A DNA stretch of 64,000 nucleotides from Flectonema sp. DT1601 (taxonomy: Eukaryota). The DNA lies in NCBI GenBank assembly GCA_964019425.1, contig OZ025805.1:620001-684000 (forward strand), given 5' to 3'. Under the pieces are notes generated by a model that saw only the letters and a program-made list of their open reading frames with translations, had not been told where the DNA came from and searched no databases. This document shows, piece by piece, positions 1 through 9,718 of this stretch. The first letter of the stretch is position 1. Every line of letters starts with the position of its first letter. The translations under genes and the position numbers were made by a program.

Positions 1-67
1 GGGTACAAAAAAAAAAAAAAAATGGAGAAAGGGGAAAATGAATATCACGGGAGTCACGCAAACCTCT

Positions 68-197
68 TCGCACAATCGCAATGGACACAGAAGCCGACGA
101 CAGCCAGACGGAACTCAGAGAGATTCAGGGGCGGTCTAACGGGAACAAACCGCCGACCAGCGTCCAACAAAACTCCCGGTCCGTTGCTTCGTTGCAA
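68..197 (-). ncRNA. Candidate structured non-coding RNA or UTR element, family unknown
   Basis: GC-rich island between U-rich tracts. The minus strand pairs by eye into a long interrupted stem (GCAA/UUGC, GGAC/GUCC, CGGGAGUU/GGCUUCUG, GACG/CGUC, UGGUC/GGCUG) closing two inner hairpins. Its many G-U pairs work only on the minus strand. Confidence 0.35.
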
Positions 198-771
198 CGT
201 TGCTAAATCAACATGACAAAATGTAAACAGGAGAAGAAAAAAAATAATATAAGAAAAAAAAAAAAAAAAGAGAAAAATACAAGCCAAATAAGAATACCGT
301 TGCTATTCTTTTCACTCCAATCGTGTAACTATGTCGATATATCACAACCTATGCAAATCTCTCAAGTTGACTAAAGCACATGTAGCGAAAAATACAATCA
401 GTTGCTGACAAGCATTCCTCGCCTTGACAATGCTGATGCTATAAGAGAAAGGGGGTTGGTTTTTTTTTTTTTTTTTTTTTTTTTTGGTTTTTTTTTTTTA
501 ATTTGCTTAGTCATCCTTGCCCCCCCTTTTTTTTTTTTTCTTTTCTTTATCTCTATGTTTCTGTTTACCATTTTTCTTTCATTTCATTTTTTTTTTTTTC
601 ATTTCTTTATGACATGCCCCAATAACAGTTATCAAGGCGGAGCGCAAAAAAAAGGCGGGCAAGGTTCAACGAACAGAAACTAATTACCTTTACAAATAAT
701 AATTAATATATAGCGGAGGCTGCTACAAGCTTATAAGGATTGCGTACCATATAAAACATGTCTTTTTGAGT

Positions 772-3506
772 TTAGACGATGTTTCCAACCTTGTATCCTC
801 CTTCTTTCAGGGTACTTGTTGTAACGTGCTTAACGTAACCGAGAGACTGTGTTGGTGGTTGTTTATAATGAGCTGGTTTTTATGATTTTTTTTTGATGGG
901 AAAAAAAAACATACCTTTCCGAGGGATCTGAGAGCCTTCTTAAGATCAGTCGCAAGCTCAGAGACGTATCCCTCTGAGTTTCTTAACCACAATTCCAAAC
1001 GACAATTGTCTTCCCACTTGACTTCAATCTTGACACCACAGATACGAGAACCGTATTTATTACTGAGAGACTCACCAGCACAAGACATCATTAGTGATGA
1101 CCATGATTCATCTACTTTATCAGTTTTGAATGCAACGTGAAGCTGACTTCCGTTCTTGTTTGCTTCATCATCCCAATCAGGAGCGATACCATCTCTAAAG
1201 AAGGCGTATGATGATTTCACAGCAAGGTTCGATGCCCTTGGAAGTAAGTCAGTAGTTCCCCAGAACTCCTCGATATCATTAACAACACAAAGCTTTCTTG
1301 CAGTAACCCACTCCTTCTCCTTTGGTGGTGGAGTGTACCAGAGTGCCCACTTGCTGTGCAGAGGATGGCGTCCCTGTTGTTTATTGTTTTTATTATTGTT
1401 GTTGTTGTTTCAACATCTAACCAAAACTATCAATTAATTTATTATTAGTAATGGTTGCATACGTTGGTTTCATCAGGCTTTTGTTCCTTCTCCTTTTCGC
1501 GTTCGGCCTTGGCACGCTGTTTTGTATTATTTGTTGTGAGTTGAGACATTAGAAGGAAAGTAAAGTAGTGAATGTGATGTATTTATATTTTTTCATACCA
1601 ATTCAGCTTCACGTTTCTCGGCTCTCTTGCGGGTTTCTTCCTCTTCCTGTGCTTTCTTTTCAGCCTCCTGTTCAAGACGCTCAGCTTCCTCCCGTTTGGT
1701 TCTCTCGTATGTTTCTTGGCAGACATCGACTTCGTTGTCTTCAATGTTAGCGTTAGCCTTGAAGACGGCGAGCATCTCTCTGTGGTTCATGTTCAACGTA
1801 TCGAATGCTGAGGCTACAATGTAGGAGGTGTCTTCAGGTGTAAATCTTAATACGAATGTTCCAGACGGAAATCCAGCTGCTTCCAAAAGTTTCTTCATCG
1901 AAACCTGTTCTGATTCTGGTGATTTCTTTAAAAGAGTGTAAACAGACTTTACGAGAACTGTTGGTTCAGCACAGTAAGCGATTGCCTTATCAATGTTTTC
2001 AGGTTCTAATGAAAGACGTCCCATCTTCATTCTCAGACCACTGAGGTCAGCAGGTGGAAAGTCAGGTTCTTTTACTAATTTAAAGCAGACGAATGTTCTG
2101 TTGTTCAGAACCTCATCGATCTCTTCAAGAGTAGACACTTCAGTTCCACAACAGATGCTGCAGGCCTGACCAATGTGGTCAGCCATACCGTTTTTAAATG
2201 ATTGAGAGTTTGGTTCAACAGCAGTTAGTACTGCAGTGTCACTAAAAGTAGCACCAGTTCCCTCTTCAACAGCGAAGCTAAATACGTCGTATTTCTTTGC
2301 TTCTTCCTGAGTTAAGAGGCTGACTTCCTTCTCACAGTGTTCCTTTTCTGTTGTGAGCTCAGTTAGATATTCATCAAAGTCCTTCTCAACAAGCTCTCTG
2401 CAGTTCTCAAGCCATAAGTTTGAGCAATTCATCAACTGCTCTTGTTTCTCTCTTTCCTGCTGTTCGATCGCTTCCTGCTCCTTGCGTCTAATTTCTTCTT
2501 CTTCCTTACGACGCAGAGTTTCCTTCTCTCGGACAGCTTCTCTCTGTTCCTGTTGTTCCTTGTTACGCTGGCTTGGTGGAACATACTTGCTAGGACCCCC
2601 ACCCCCAAGGGAGGCCCGGGCTGGTTGTGCTGCCACTGGTGCTTGCTGTCTGCCAACAACTTGTGCAGCGGTTGGCTGAACTGGTTCTGCTGGCTGCTGT
2701 GGTGGTAGTTGGTGTTGTTGCTGTTGTTGCTGTAGGTGTTGCTGCTGCTGCTGCTGCTGCTGCTGCATTTGCTGCTGCTGTAGGTGTTGCTGCTGCTGCA
2801 TTCGCTGCTGCTGCTGCTGATGTTGTTGTTGCTGTTGTTGGTGCTGGTGCTGTTGCTGGTGCTGCAGTTGTTGCTGTTGTGGTGGCTGCTGCTGCTGTGG
2901 TGGCTGCTGCTGTGGCGGCTGTTGCTGCTGTGGTGGCTGCTGTGGTGGTTGCTGCTGCTGTGGTGGTGGCGTTCCATCTGCCTTTCGTCTCCACGGCTTG
3001 CTTGCCTTGTTCCCCAAGTCCTTCAGGTCAGCGTGTGCTTGAGGTGGCTGAGGTTGTCCCTGTGGTGGTGGAGCCACGCCATTTGGAGCACCCTTTCCAC
3101 CAATACCTGAGTGATGAACTGAGAAGTGAGCCTGCTGATGCTGAGTAGGAGCGTGGTTGCCACCATGAGGAGCTCTGCCGTAGTACTGCATCTGCGATAT
3201 TTGTTGTTGGTATGCCTGAGCCTGTGCCTGTCCATAGTAGGATGATTGGTGGTGCGCGTGCTGATGATGGTGGTGGTGGTGGTGATGGTGGTGGTGATGG
3301 TGGTGGTGTTGCTGGTGCTGATGAGGGTGGTGGTGATGCTGCTGGTGCTGTTGCTGATGGTGGTGGTGGTGATGGTGGTGCTGATGTTGATGTTGATGTT
3401 GACCAACTTGAGGTTGGCGAGTTCTCGGGTTACTCTCACCTACTGACCCAAACCCCCTCCGACACTCGGGAGTGAACTTCGGAGCCCCCGAATTTAATGA
3501 AGACAT
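772..3506 (-). CDS. eIF4E: eIF4E-family cap-binding protein with long N-terminal extension (~831 aa, 4 exons)
   Basis: Exons 3506-1599, 1516-1463, 1373-915, 846-772, joined in frame by GTATG...ACAG introns. The C-terminal part reads HPLHSKWALWY...IEEFW...FFRDGIAPDWDDEANKNG...RLELW, the eIF4E core. N-terminus has PAM2-like SLNSGAPKFTP, polyH/polyQ and KYVPP. Confidence 0.92.
2690..3400 (-). repeat. Coding CAG/CAA/CAC trinucleotide low-complexity region (polyQ/polyH)
   Basis: Long tgc/tgg/tgt runs on the plus strand encode the Q-, P- and H-rich tracts of the eIF4E N-terminus. Confidence 0.9.
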
Positions 3507-4241
3507 TTTGAGATGCCTGATGAAACAGAAATTTTAATATTTTTAATTACCAACTAATAAACAAGTACCAAATAATACACAAAGATATCACAAGAAGACG
3601 TTGAATTACCTGACAGGAAGGAAAGATCAATTATTAATAAAAAAAACCTTTTTTGTATTCAACAATCACAAGACTCACAAATACAAAAACAACAAAACAA
3701 AACAAAAACCCAAATATACAGCAACTGCTGAACTCTCATGGATCACATCGGAAAAACGAATCACTTCAGAAGAGTAAATCGTAACCAACGTCATGAGGAA
3801 CTCAATCAGGAAAAATGGTAGAAAAAATAAAAAAAGGAGGGGATACTAAATTAAAAAAAAAGAAAGAACTCCTGGACCAATCAACTATCCCATTCGTCTG
3901 TAGTGAAATCTTGAACATAAGAAATTCGGGGAAGGTTACTTGATACTGTAATTAAAAAAAGCACCCGAAAAAAAAAAAAAAAAAATACCCAACAACCGGC
4001 AATTTGAATATTGGAGAGTGGATATAAGTATTTCGATTTTTATAAACTACAACCGTATTATATGAATATAACAACGATAATTTAAAAAAAACTGTTTTTT
4101 AGGATTCCGAAAGTAATCTACATGCCTCCTACCATCGAGGGAGAGGAAAGATTACAACGCGAAGCTAAACACATAACTAATGATAATAAGGATTGGGTGC
4201 ATTACATGTCGTCTGTGTCAAGGAATCGGAGAATATCTGCT

Positions 4242-6536
4242 TCACGTCGAATTGTTATGGTTATTAGAGGCATTCAGTCGACTTTGTAAGACGGCAATCT
4301 GTTGTTTCAGGCAGTCAATTGCCTCTCGAAGGTTTCTTGTTTCTTCATGAGCAATACGCAGTCGGTAATTACATTTTTCATGACATGTTGCTTCAGCTGC
4401 TTGACAAGCTCGGAGGATTTTCCTAGCAGCGACTGGAGGTACAGAAGCGAGAGCATCCATAGTAACGTCTGCTCTTGTTGAAACCCCACGAGATGATAGA
4501 GTCGATAAAATAATACTCGATTCACGTTGATCACAAAACTGATTTATGACAGGAGTTAGCTCATTAATAGTGTCGGTGTTGGTGAATGCTTCACGACGTG
4601 AATTGGATTTTTTTTTATTTTTTATCTTCTCCTTATCGAGTTCAACAGAAAGATGTTCAACCAAACATTGCAACTCCGCTACTTCTAACTCTCGCACGCT
4701 GTCTGTTTCATTTGTTTGAACTGCTACATCGTGACTGACCTGATGATGAATTGGTGGTCCTGCTATTGATAATAGATACTTTAGATTATTATTTTCAGAT
4801 ATAAGTGATTTAATAAGATTTTCTTGCATGTGATCAACCACAGCTACTTCACTCACCACTTCACCAGCTACTGTTTCTAAGGTAACGACCTCAGCACCAA
4901 TTCCTGCTGTGAGTATTTCACTCCGATTAGTGACTGGTGTTGATCCAATGTGTGTTATAATTCTTCCAACTAAATCTTTCCGTGATATCAGTGGTGAATT
5001 CTGTTCAAAACCAGAAATCTGAAGAGTACTCGGCCTCAATAAAACCCCTAGACTACTATCGGCATGTTTCTGAACAACAGCTACCTGACCCGGATTCGAT
5101 CTTGACAAATCCACCTTCGCAACAGTCACCGACACTACTTCCGAAGGAATCGAGAACCGCACTACATCAGAGACTGACTCTACTTTGTTGGAGTTAACGT
5201 GGGTTACAAGGTTTCCAATGAGAAAATTTGGTTTTTTTGAAGCGGGAGACCCAGGTTCGACTCCTCTAATGGTCAAATCTTTTTCCGCAGCAAAGCACAT
5301 CCCAAGAGGTTGATCACTGGCTTTACGGAGTACAATAGAAGAAGGTTCACAACTTCCCTCAGAAATAATACTTTGCCTTCTATCGGGAACATCATTATCA
5401 GGTAAGAGTGTAATGTCACTGGGTTGTAATTCTTTTTTAACAACCTCAACAGAGTTTTGTGGTGTTGGTGGAGATGGTGCCTTCGGTTCTTTTCGCGTTG
5501 CAGCAACAGTACAACTGTCTATTTCCCGTTGTCGTTTATCTTCTAAGTGTTGTTCTATTGCCACAGATGGTGAAACACCCGTTGATTGTTTAAAGAGGTT
5601 TGCTCTACCACGGAGATCATCTTCTGAGTTTGCAACAGAACTTTGAATAGAAAACCCACAAGCCATGGATGACAAGTGAAGTATGTGCATAAGTTTTCCC
5701 ATTGAAAATGGTTCTACATTACGAGAATCTGAAGGTTTGAACTGAATTAACATATCATGTGATAAGGGACATTTAAACAACACCAACTCTTCATCAAATG
5801 TAATTATTTTCGATATTGAAGCGTACTCAATACATCGTTTTATTTTATGTCCCTTTGCGGTATCGACCAGTAGCATTGTCCGTGGACGCAGCATTAAGAT
5901 TCGTTCTTGACGTGATCCATGGCTATTTATCTTAGTAACAATTCGTAGGTAGGAAGCATCCTTCACGTAAACCTCACTAAAATGCCGAAGAGGTTGACAT
6001 CTTGTTATTTGACGTAAGAATTCAGGATTTGGTTTATGACATGAGTGAACTGATGTTTTTTTTCTAGCACTCAAATAAGTTTCTATCTTCAATTGTGGGT
6101 CAACGAATGTCGGTGCCTTTGCTACATTTGCTTGAGACTTTAACGGATTGGTCGAAGATTGAAATAAAATTGAATGTTTTAAAGCCTGAGAAGCAATCCT
6201 CAGGATGTGTGTTATTTTTCCTATGTCAAACTTGTCAACATTTCTGCTGTCGTTTGGGAAATATGTTAAAAGATCGTGTTGTTTTGTTATTTTAAATAGC
6301 AAAGCATCACCTTTTGTTATAAGTTTATGCACATCTGTTAATCGTATAGACCTCTTTATCGAATGAGGACTCCTCACGTCAACCAATACTATTGTTCCAG
6401 GTCTTACCAACAAGACTCTCTTATCTCTTCCTCCTTTTGAATTAAACTTATCTACAACTCTGATATATAAAGCGTCATCTACGTGTACCAATGGAAGTGA
6501 AGGTAAAGGCTTACAAGGGAGTAGAGCCACCACCAT
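4242..6536 (-). CDS. Protein with two myosin-TH1/PH-like repeats, two PDZ-like domains and coiled coils (764 aa)
   Basis: Intact ORF. Duplicated YIRVVDKFNSKGGRDKRVLLV / YLRIVTKINSHGSRQERILML with a downstream IKR motif (TH1/PH-like). PLGMCF...GVEPGSPA...IGNLVTHVN and SLGVLL...VGRIITHIG are PDZ-like. Confidence 0.7.
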   Translation of the reverse strand: MVVALLPCKPLPSLPLVHVDDALYIRVVDKFNSKGGRDKRVLLVRPGTIVLVDVRSPHSIKRSIRLTDVHKLITKGDALLFKITKQHDLLTYFPNDSRNVDKFDIGKITHILRIASQALKHSILFQSSTNPLKSQANVAKAPTFVDPQLKIETYLSARKKTSVHSCHKPNPEFLRQITRCQPLRHFSEVYVKDASYLRIVTKINSHGSRQERILMLRPRTMLLVDTAKGHKIKRCIEYASISKIITFDEELVLFKCPLSHDMLIQFKPSDSRNVEPFSMGKLMHILHLSSMACGFSIQSSVANSEDDLRGRANLFKQSTGVSPSVAIEQHLEDKRQREIDSCTVAATRKEPKAPSPPTPQNSVEVVKKELQPSDITLLPDNDVPDRRQSIISEGSCEPSSIVLRKASDQPLGMCFAAEKDLTIRGVEPGSPASKKPNFLIGNLVTHVNSNKVESVSDVVRFSIPSEVVSVTVAKVDLSRSNPGQVAVVQKHADSSLGVLLRPSTLQISGFEQNSPLISRKDLVGRIITHIGSTPVTNRSEILTAGIGAEVVTLETVAGEVVSEVAVVDHMQENLIKSLISENNNLKYLLSIAGPPIHHQVSHDVAVQTNETDSVRELEVAELQCLVEHLSVELDKEKIKNKKKSNSRREAFTNTDTINELTPVINQFCDQRESSIILSTLSSRGVSTRADVTMDALASVPPVAARKILRACQAAEATCHEKCNYRLRIAHEETRNLREAIDCLKQQIAVLQSRLNASNNHNNST

Positions 6537-6646
6537 TGTTTATGTACTGGTTGGGGGGTAGGGTAATTGATGTTTAAAAAAAATAAGAAATAATTTCTAT
6601 TTTCAAAAGAATTAAACATGAAAAAAGAACACGAAAAATCAGAATT

Positions 6647-7093
6647 TTAAGACCTACATGAGCTTTTTCTATGTTTTGCGATATATTGTTGGTGTTTATC
6701 GTCCGCAAGTTCATAGTCGGCAATTGCGACAATTTGAGTTGTGGCTTTATCGTATTTTTTGAGACTGTTGATCGCAGAAATCTTTTGGTTTTGAGATACG
6801 AATAGGGAGCTTCGATAAATTGGATTGGCCTTCACTGCTTTGAAATCATGATTTGACCAAAATAAACTAAGAAGGTAATCGTATGAGACAATTGTTGGGT
6901 TATAGACTACTTTTACAACTTCTGTTTTAGGGTTTCCCATAAAACCAACCGAAGTTGTGTGGACTCCTTTTGTTTTCCACATCACTTCCTCTGCTCCCCA
7001 AAAGCAACCCATACCAAAGTAAGCTGTATCCATCCCCTTAGGGGCAGGTGCACGAAAATCAGTGCCCAAGACTGGATGAGTTCCGTCAGTCAT
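6647..7093 (-). CDS. msrA: Peptide methionine sulfoxide reductase A, short form (148 aa)
   Basis: AYFGMGCFWGAE catalytic motif, IYRS and HQQY motifs. Start taken at MTDG (7093), just after a U-rich CAG at 7109-7111. Confidence 0.9.
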   Translation of the reverse strand: MTDGTHPVLGTDFRAPAPKGMDTAYFGMGCFWGAEEVMWKTKGVHTTSVGFMGNPKTEVVKVVYNPTIVSYDYLLSLFWSNHDFKAVKANPIYRSSLFVSQNQKISAINSLKKYDKATTQIVAIADYELADDKHQQYIAKHRKSSCRS

Positions 7094-7554
7094 ATTTTTT
7101 TTATTATTCTGAAATAACAAAAAAAGATAAAAAGATTTCACTAAAGTGTTTCATATAAATGGGTTAGACAAAACCCCCCATAGAGAACAAGAACCACCCC
7201 CTCCGATATTAAAACAGAACTTTTACTCTCTCTGTCCCTCTTCACTCTTTCTCTACCGTATTTCTGATAAGCAATGGCTTCGTAACAATATCAGATTTAG
7301 TAGGTAATCTCTTTGTTGCTTATTAGGCTGTCGATATGGCACACAATGCACGTGAGACAATTAAAGGAGAAAGGGGGGGAAAAAAAACTTCAAAAGTAGA
7401 ACAGAATGATACGGTAGATTAAGCAAGGTGCGCTCGTATCACCGGTACGTGTTATATGTATGGGGGATGTACAATCTATGCCGCAATCTCACTGTATCCA
7501 GGAGCGGCCTCCTGATAAATCGCCAGAACTGGTAGGCGAATAGAACGCAATTCA

Positions 7555-7742
7555 AACAATAAAACAATAAGAGCAGAGCTCTGACAATAGGTTGAATGTT
7601 TTGAATTTGTAAAATACAACTGTTTTGTATCGCGTTAACATAGCGATCGTTTAACATCTGTTAAGGATACGGTGACTATGGTGATGCCTGACCTAGCCTT
7701 TTAAAGTAACAATAAAACGATCAGAACAGAGCTCTGACAATA
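7555..7742. repeat. Diverged 35-bp direct repeat (7555-7589 / 7708-7742) flanking 118 bp
   Basis: AACAATAAAACAATAAGAGCAGAGCTCTGACAATA vs AACAATAAAACGATCAGAACAGAGCTCTGACAATA, 32/35 identical. Confidence 0.85.
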
Positions 7743-8595
7743 ATTAGGAGGGGGAAGAGGTCAGGGGAAAAAAGTTCTGAATAAAATAAACCAGTCCCCA
7801 CCGACTAATGAAAATAAGATCTTGTCCTGGGAAGACAACAATCACAAAAAGTAAAGAAGGAAAGAAGAATTTTTTTTTTTTTATTTTTTTTTTAAATTTT
7901 TGCACCAAAAAAAAAAAAGTGCAACATAAATCAAAAAGAAAATAATACGTTATGACACATAAACACGCTAACAACTATAAAAAAAAACACAAAAAATGAA
8001 AAAATAAAAAAGAGGAAAATGAACGTCGCTCAAGACTTTTTCATAACAAACAGAAGCAACAAACCTGTAAGGGAGACGAGGTAAAAATCTTATTATTTAT
8101 TTTTTTTTTTTTTTTTAAAAAAAGTGTCCCAGTACCAAAATATAACTAATATACAAGAGCGAAAAAAAAAAGAAAAAAAAAAAGAACATTGATAAAAAAA
8201 AATAAACACACTTGTTTTGGCAGAAAAGATTCCTTTTGCAGGTTTCGGTATGGCTCTAGTACAACAGCTCATAACAATCCCCACCTTGGAGAAGCAGCAA
8301 ATCGCGCTCTTTTTTTCTGAACCAAAAAATGTGGGGGAAAAAAAAAAAATAAAATAAAACACATCACTGGGGTGGTATGGGAAAAATAAATAAAGAAACC
8401 TTTGGTTCATAAATTACAAAAAAAAAAAACTGGGGAAAAAAACGTTTTTGGAAGCGAAGAGTATTTTTCGAAGGTGGGTGGCCTGTCGATTATTTCTGCA
8501 GTCGAAGGTCGTTGGCTACGATAATTTAACTGCTGCCATTTAATGATTAAGAAGGAAAGTAATTAACCGGATCGTAGACTAAGGCCGAAGTCGAC

Positions 8596-9378
8596 CTAAC
8601 TTTTTATGCCTTTCTTGAGATTCAGTATTTGTGATTCCCCATCAGGAACTTCCAACCGTTTCATACGAATCTTAAGTTTCGGGGAAAACGTAATATCATA
8701 AGAATGAAGAGATGGCCAGGTATCTAAAAATTTTGGAACACTCATTCCACTGACAACCAACGATGAAAGGAGCGATGCGAGATGAGGAAGCGTGTCATCT
8801 GTTAGATCTATCCTCATGTACTCCTTTACTACAATACAATTATTAGGTTGAGCAACACCATTCTGAGGAGCGTTATCGATTAAGATACAGCGAGAAACAT
8901 CTCTTCCAAGTAGAGTTAAGTCTTTGGTGCTGTTTATTCTATTTCCTGTGAAGGGATCTGTCGATAATCCCTCAGGGTCAGTTTTTACCCATTTCTGTCC
9001 TCTCCAAATTATTTGTGAAATAACCCTCCTGTCAGGATCAATCATGTGCCACACCAGAGCACTTTGTGTTTCAGATGAACTAGTCCAGAGTACTATTTCA
9101 TGACCATTGTCAGCAAGCGTCTCCAGGACTGAGAATAAAGCAGATAGCCCTGGACGTAATTTTATAACTGGTTTTGAGAATCCACCAACACCCCTGGCTA
9201 GTAAAAGGCACTCATCAACATCCAATACTATCGTATATCCGTTTTCTTTTATCTTTCCACCTTTTGGGTGTAAGAGCGGTTTTCCTAGCTCTGCGCAATG
9301 TCCAGGTTTCTGTTTCATTAATTCTCTCTGAGATTTTTCGTCACGCATGCCATTTGCTGATGAATTGCTGCATCCCAT
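8596..9378 (-). CDS. FCP1/SCP (NIF) HAD-family phosphatase, probably N-acylated (260 aa)
   Basis: TIVLDVDECL (DxDx motif), LRPG, LWTSS, KDLTLLGRD, ILIDN. MGCSNS is an N-myristoylation/palmitoylation-type start. Confidence 0.9.
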   Translation of the reverse strand: MGCSNSSANGMRDEKSQRELMKQKPGHCAELGKPLLHPKGGKIKENGYTIVLDVDECLLLARGVGGFSKPVIKLRPGLSALFSVLETLADNGHEIVLWTSSSETQSALVWHMIDPDRRVISQIIWRGQKWVKTDPEGLSTDPFTGNRINSTKDLTLLGRDVSRCILIDNAPQNGVAQPNNCIVVKEYMRIDLTDDTLPHLASLLSSLVVSGMSVPKFLDTWPSLHSYDITFSPKLKIRMKRLEVPDGESQILNLKKGIKS

Positions 9379-9387
9379 TTCAGTTCT

Positions 9388-9413
9388 CTGTTAAACAAAA
9401 AAAAAAAAAAGGG
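9388..9413 (-). promoter_or_regulatory. Putative trans-splice acceptor with U tract (representative example)
   Basis: Minus strand reads CCC-U14-GUUUAACAG, 9 nt upstream of the NIF phosphatase ATG. Similar sites precede other genes (7109, 12790, 38143, 39392, 41649, 51435, 54786). Confidence 0.55.
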
Positions 9414-9660
9414 AATTTGTAAATCATTAATCTGTACTACTATTTCTATATCATATGTTCGATCTAATCAAAAAGGTATGTCCACTAAACTAAAGGGGGT
9501 TGTCAAAAAAAAAGGGAAGATATCTAAGCAGGAATTGCATACTGACTTTCTTGTTTTTTTTTTTAATTTTTTTTTTTTTTTTTTTAAAATTAAGTCAAAT
9601 ATATAAGGAAGTTTTTTGTCGACAGGTTTAAAAACCACGTAATAACTCTAACGGTTATGG

Positions 9661-9691
<31 letters not shown>

Positions 9692-9718
9692 AACCCGAAT
9701 TTTAAAAATAATCGAATA

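Noticed and set aside
68..197. SRP RNA, U3, telomerase RNA or riboswitch identity for the structured island
   Set aside because: No SRP helix-8 motif, no C/D boxes, no telomere template and no riboswitch consensus visible.
2353..3475. Many overlapping ORFs in other frames and strands (polyS, polyA/T, polyL, polyV)
   Set aside because: Shadow ORFs produced by the stop-free trinucleotide repeats of the eIF4E N-terminus.
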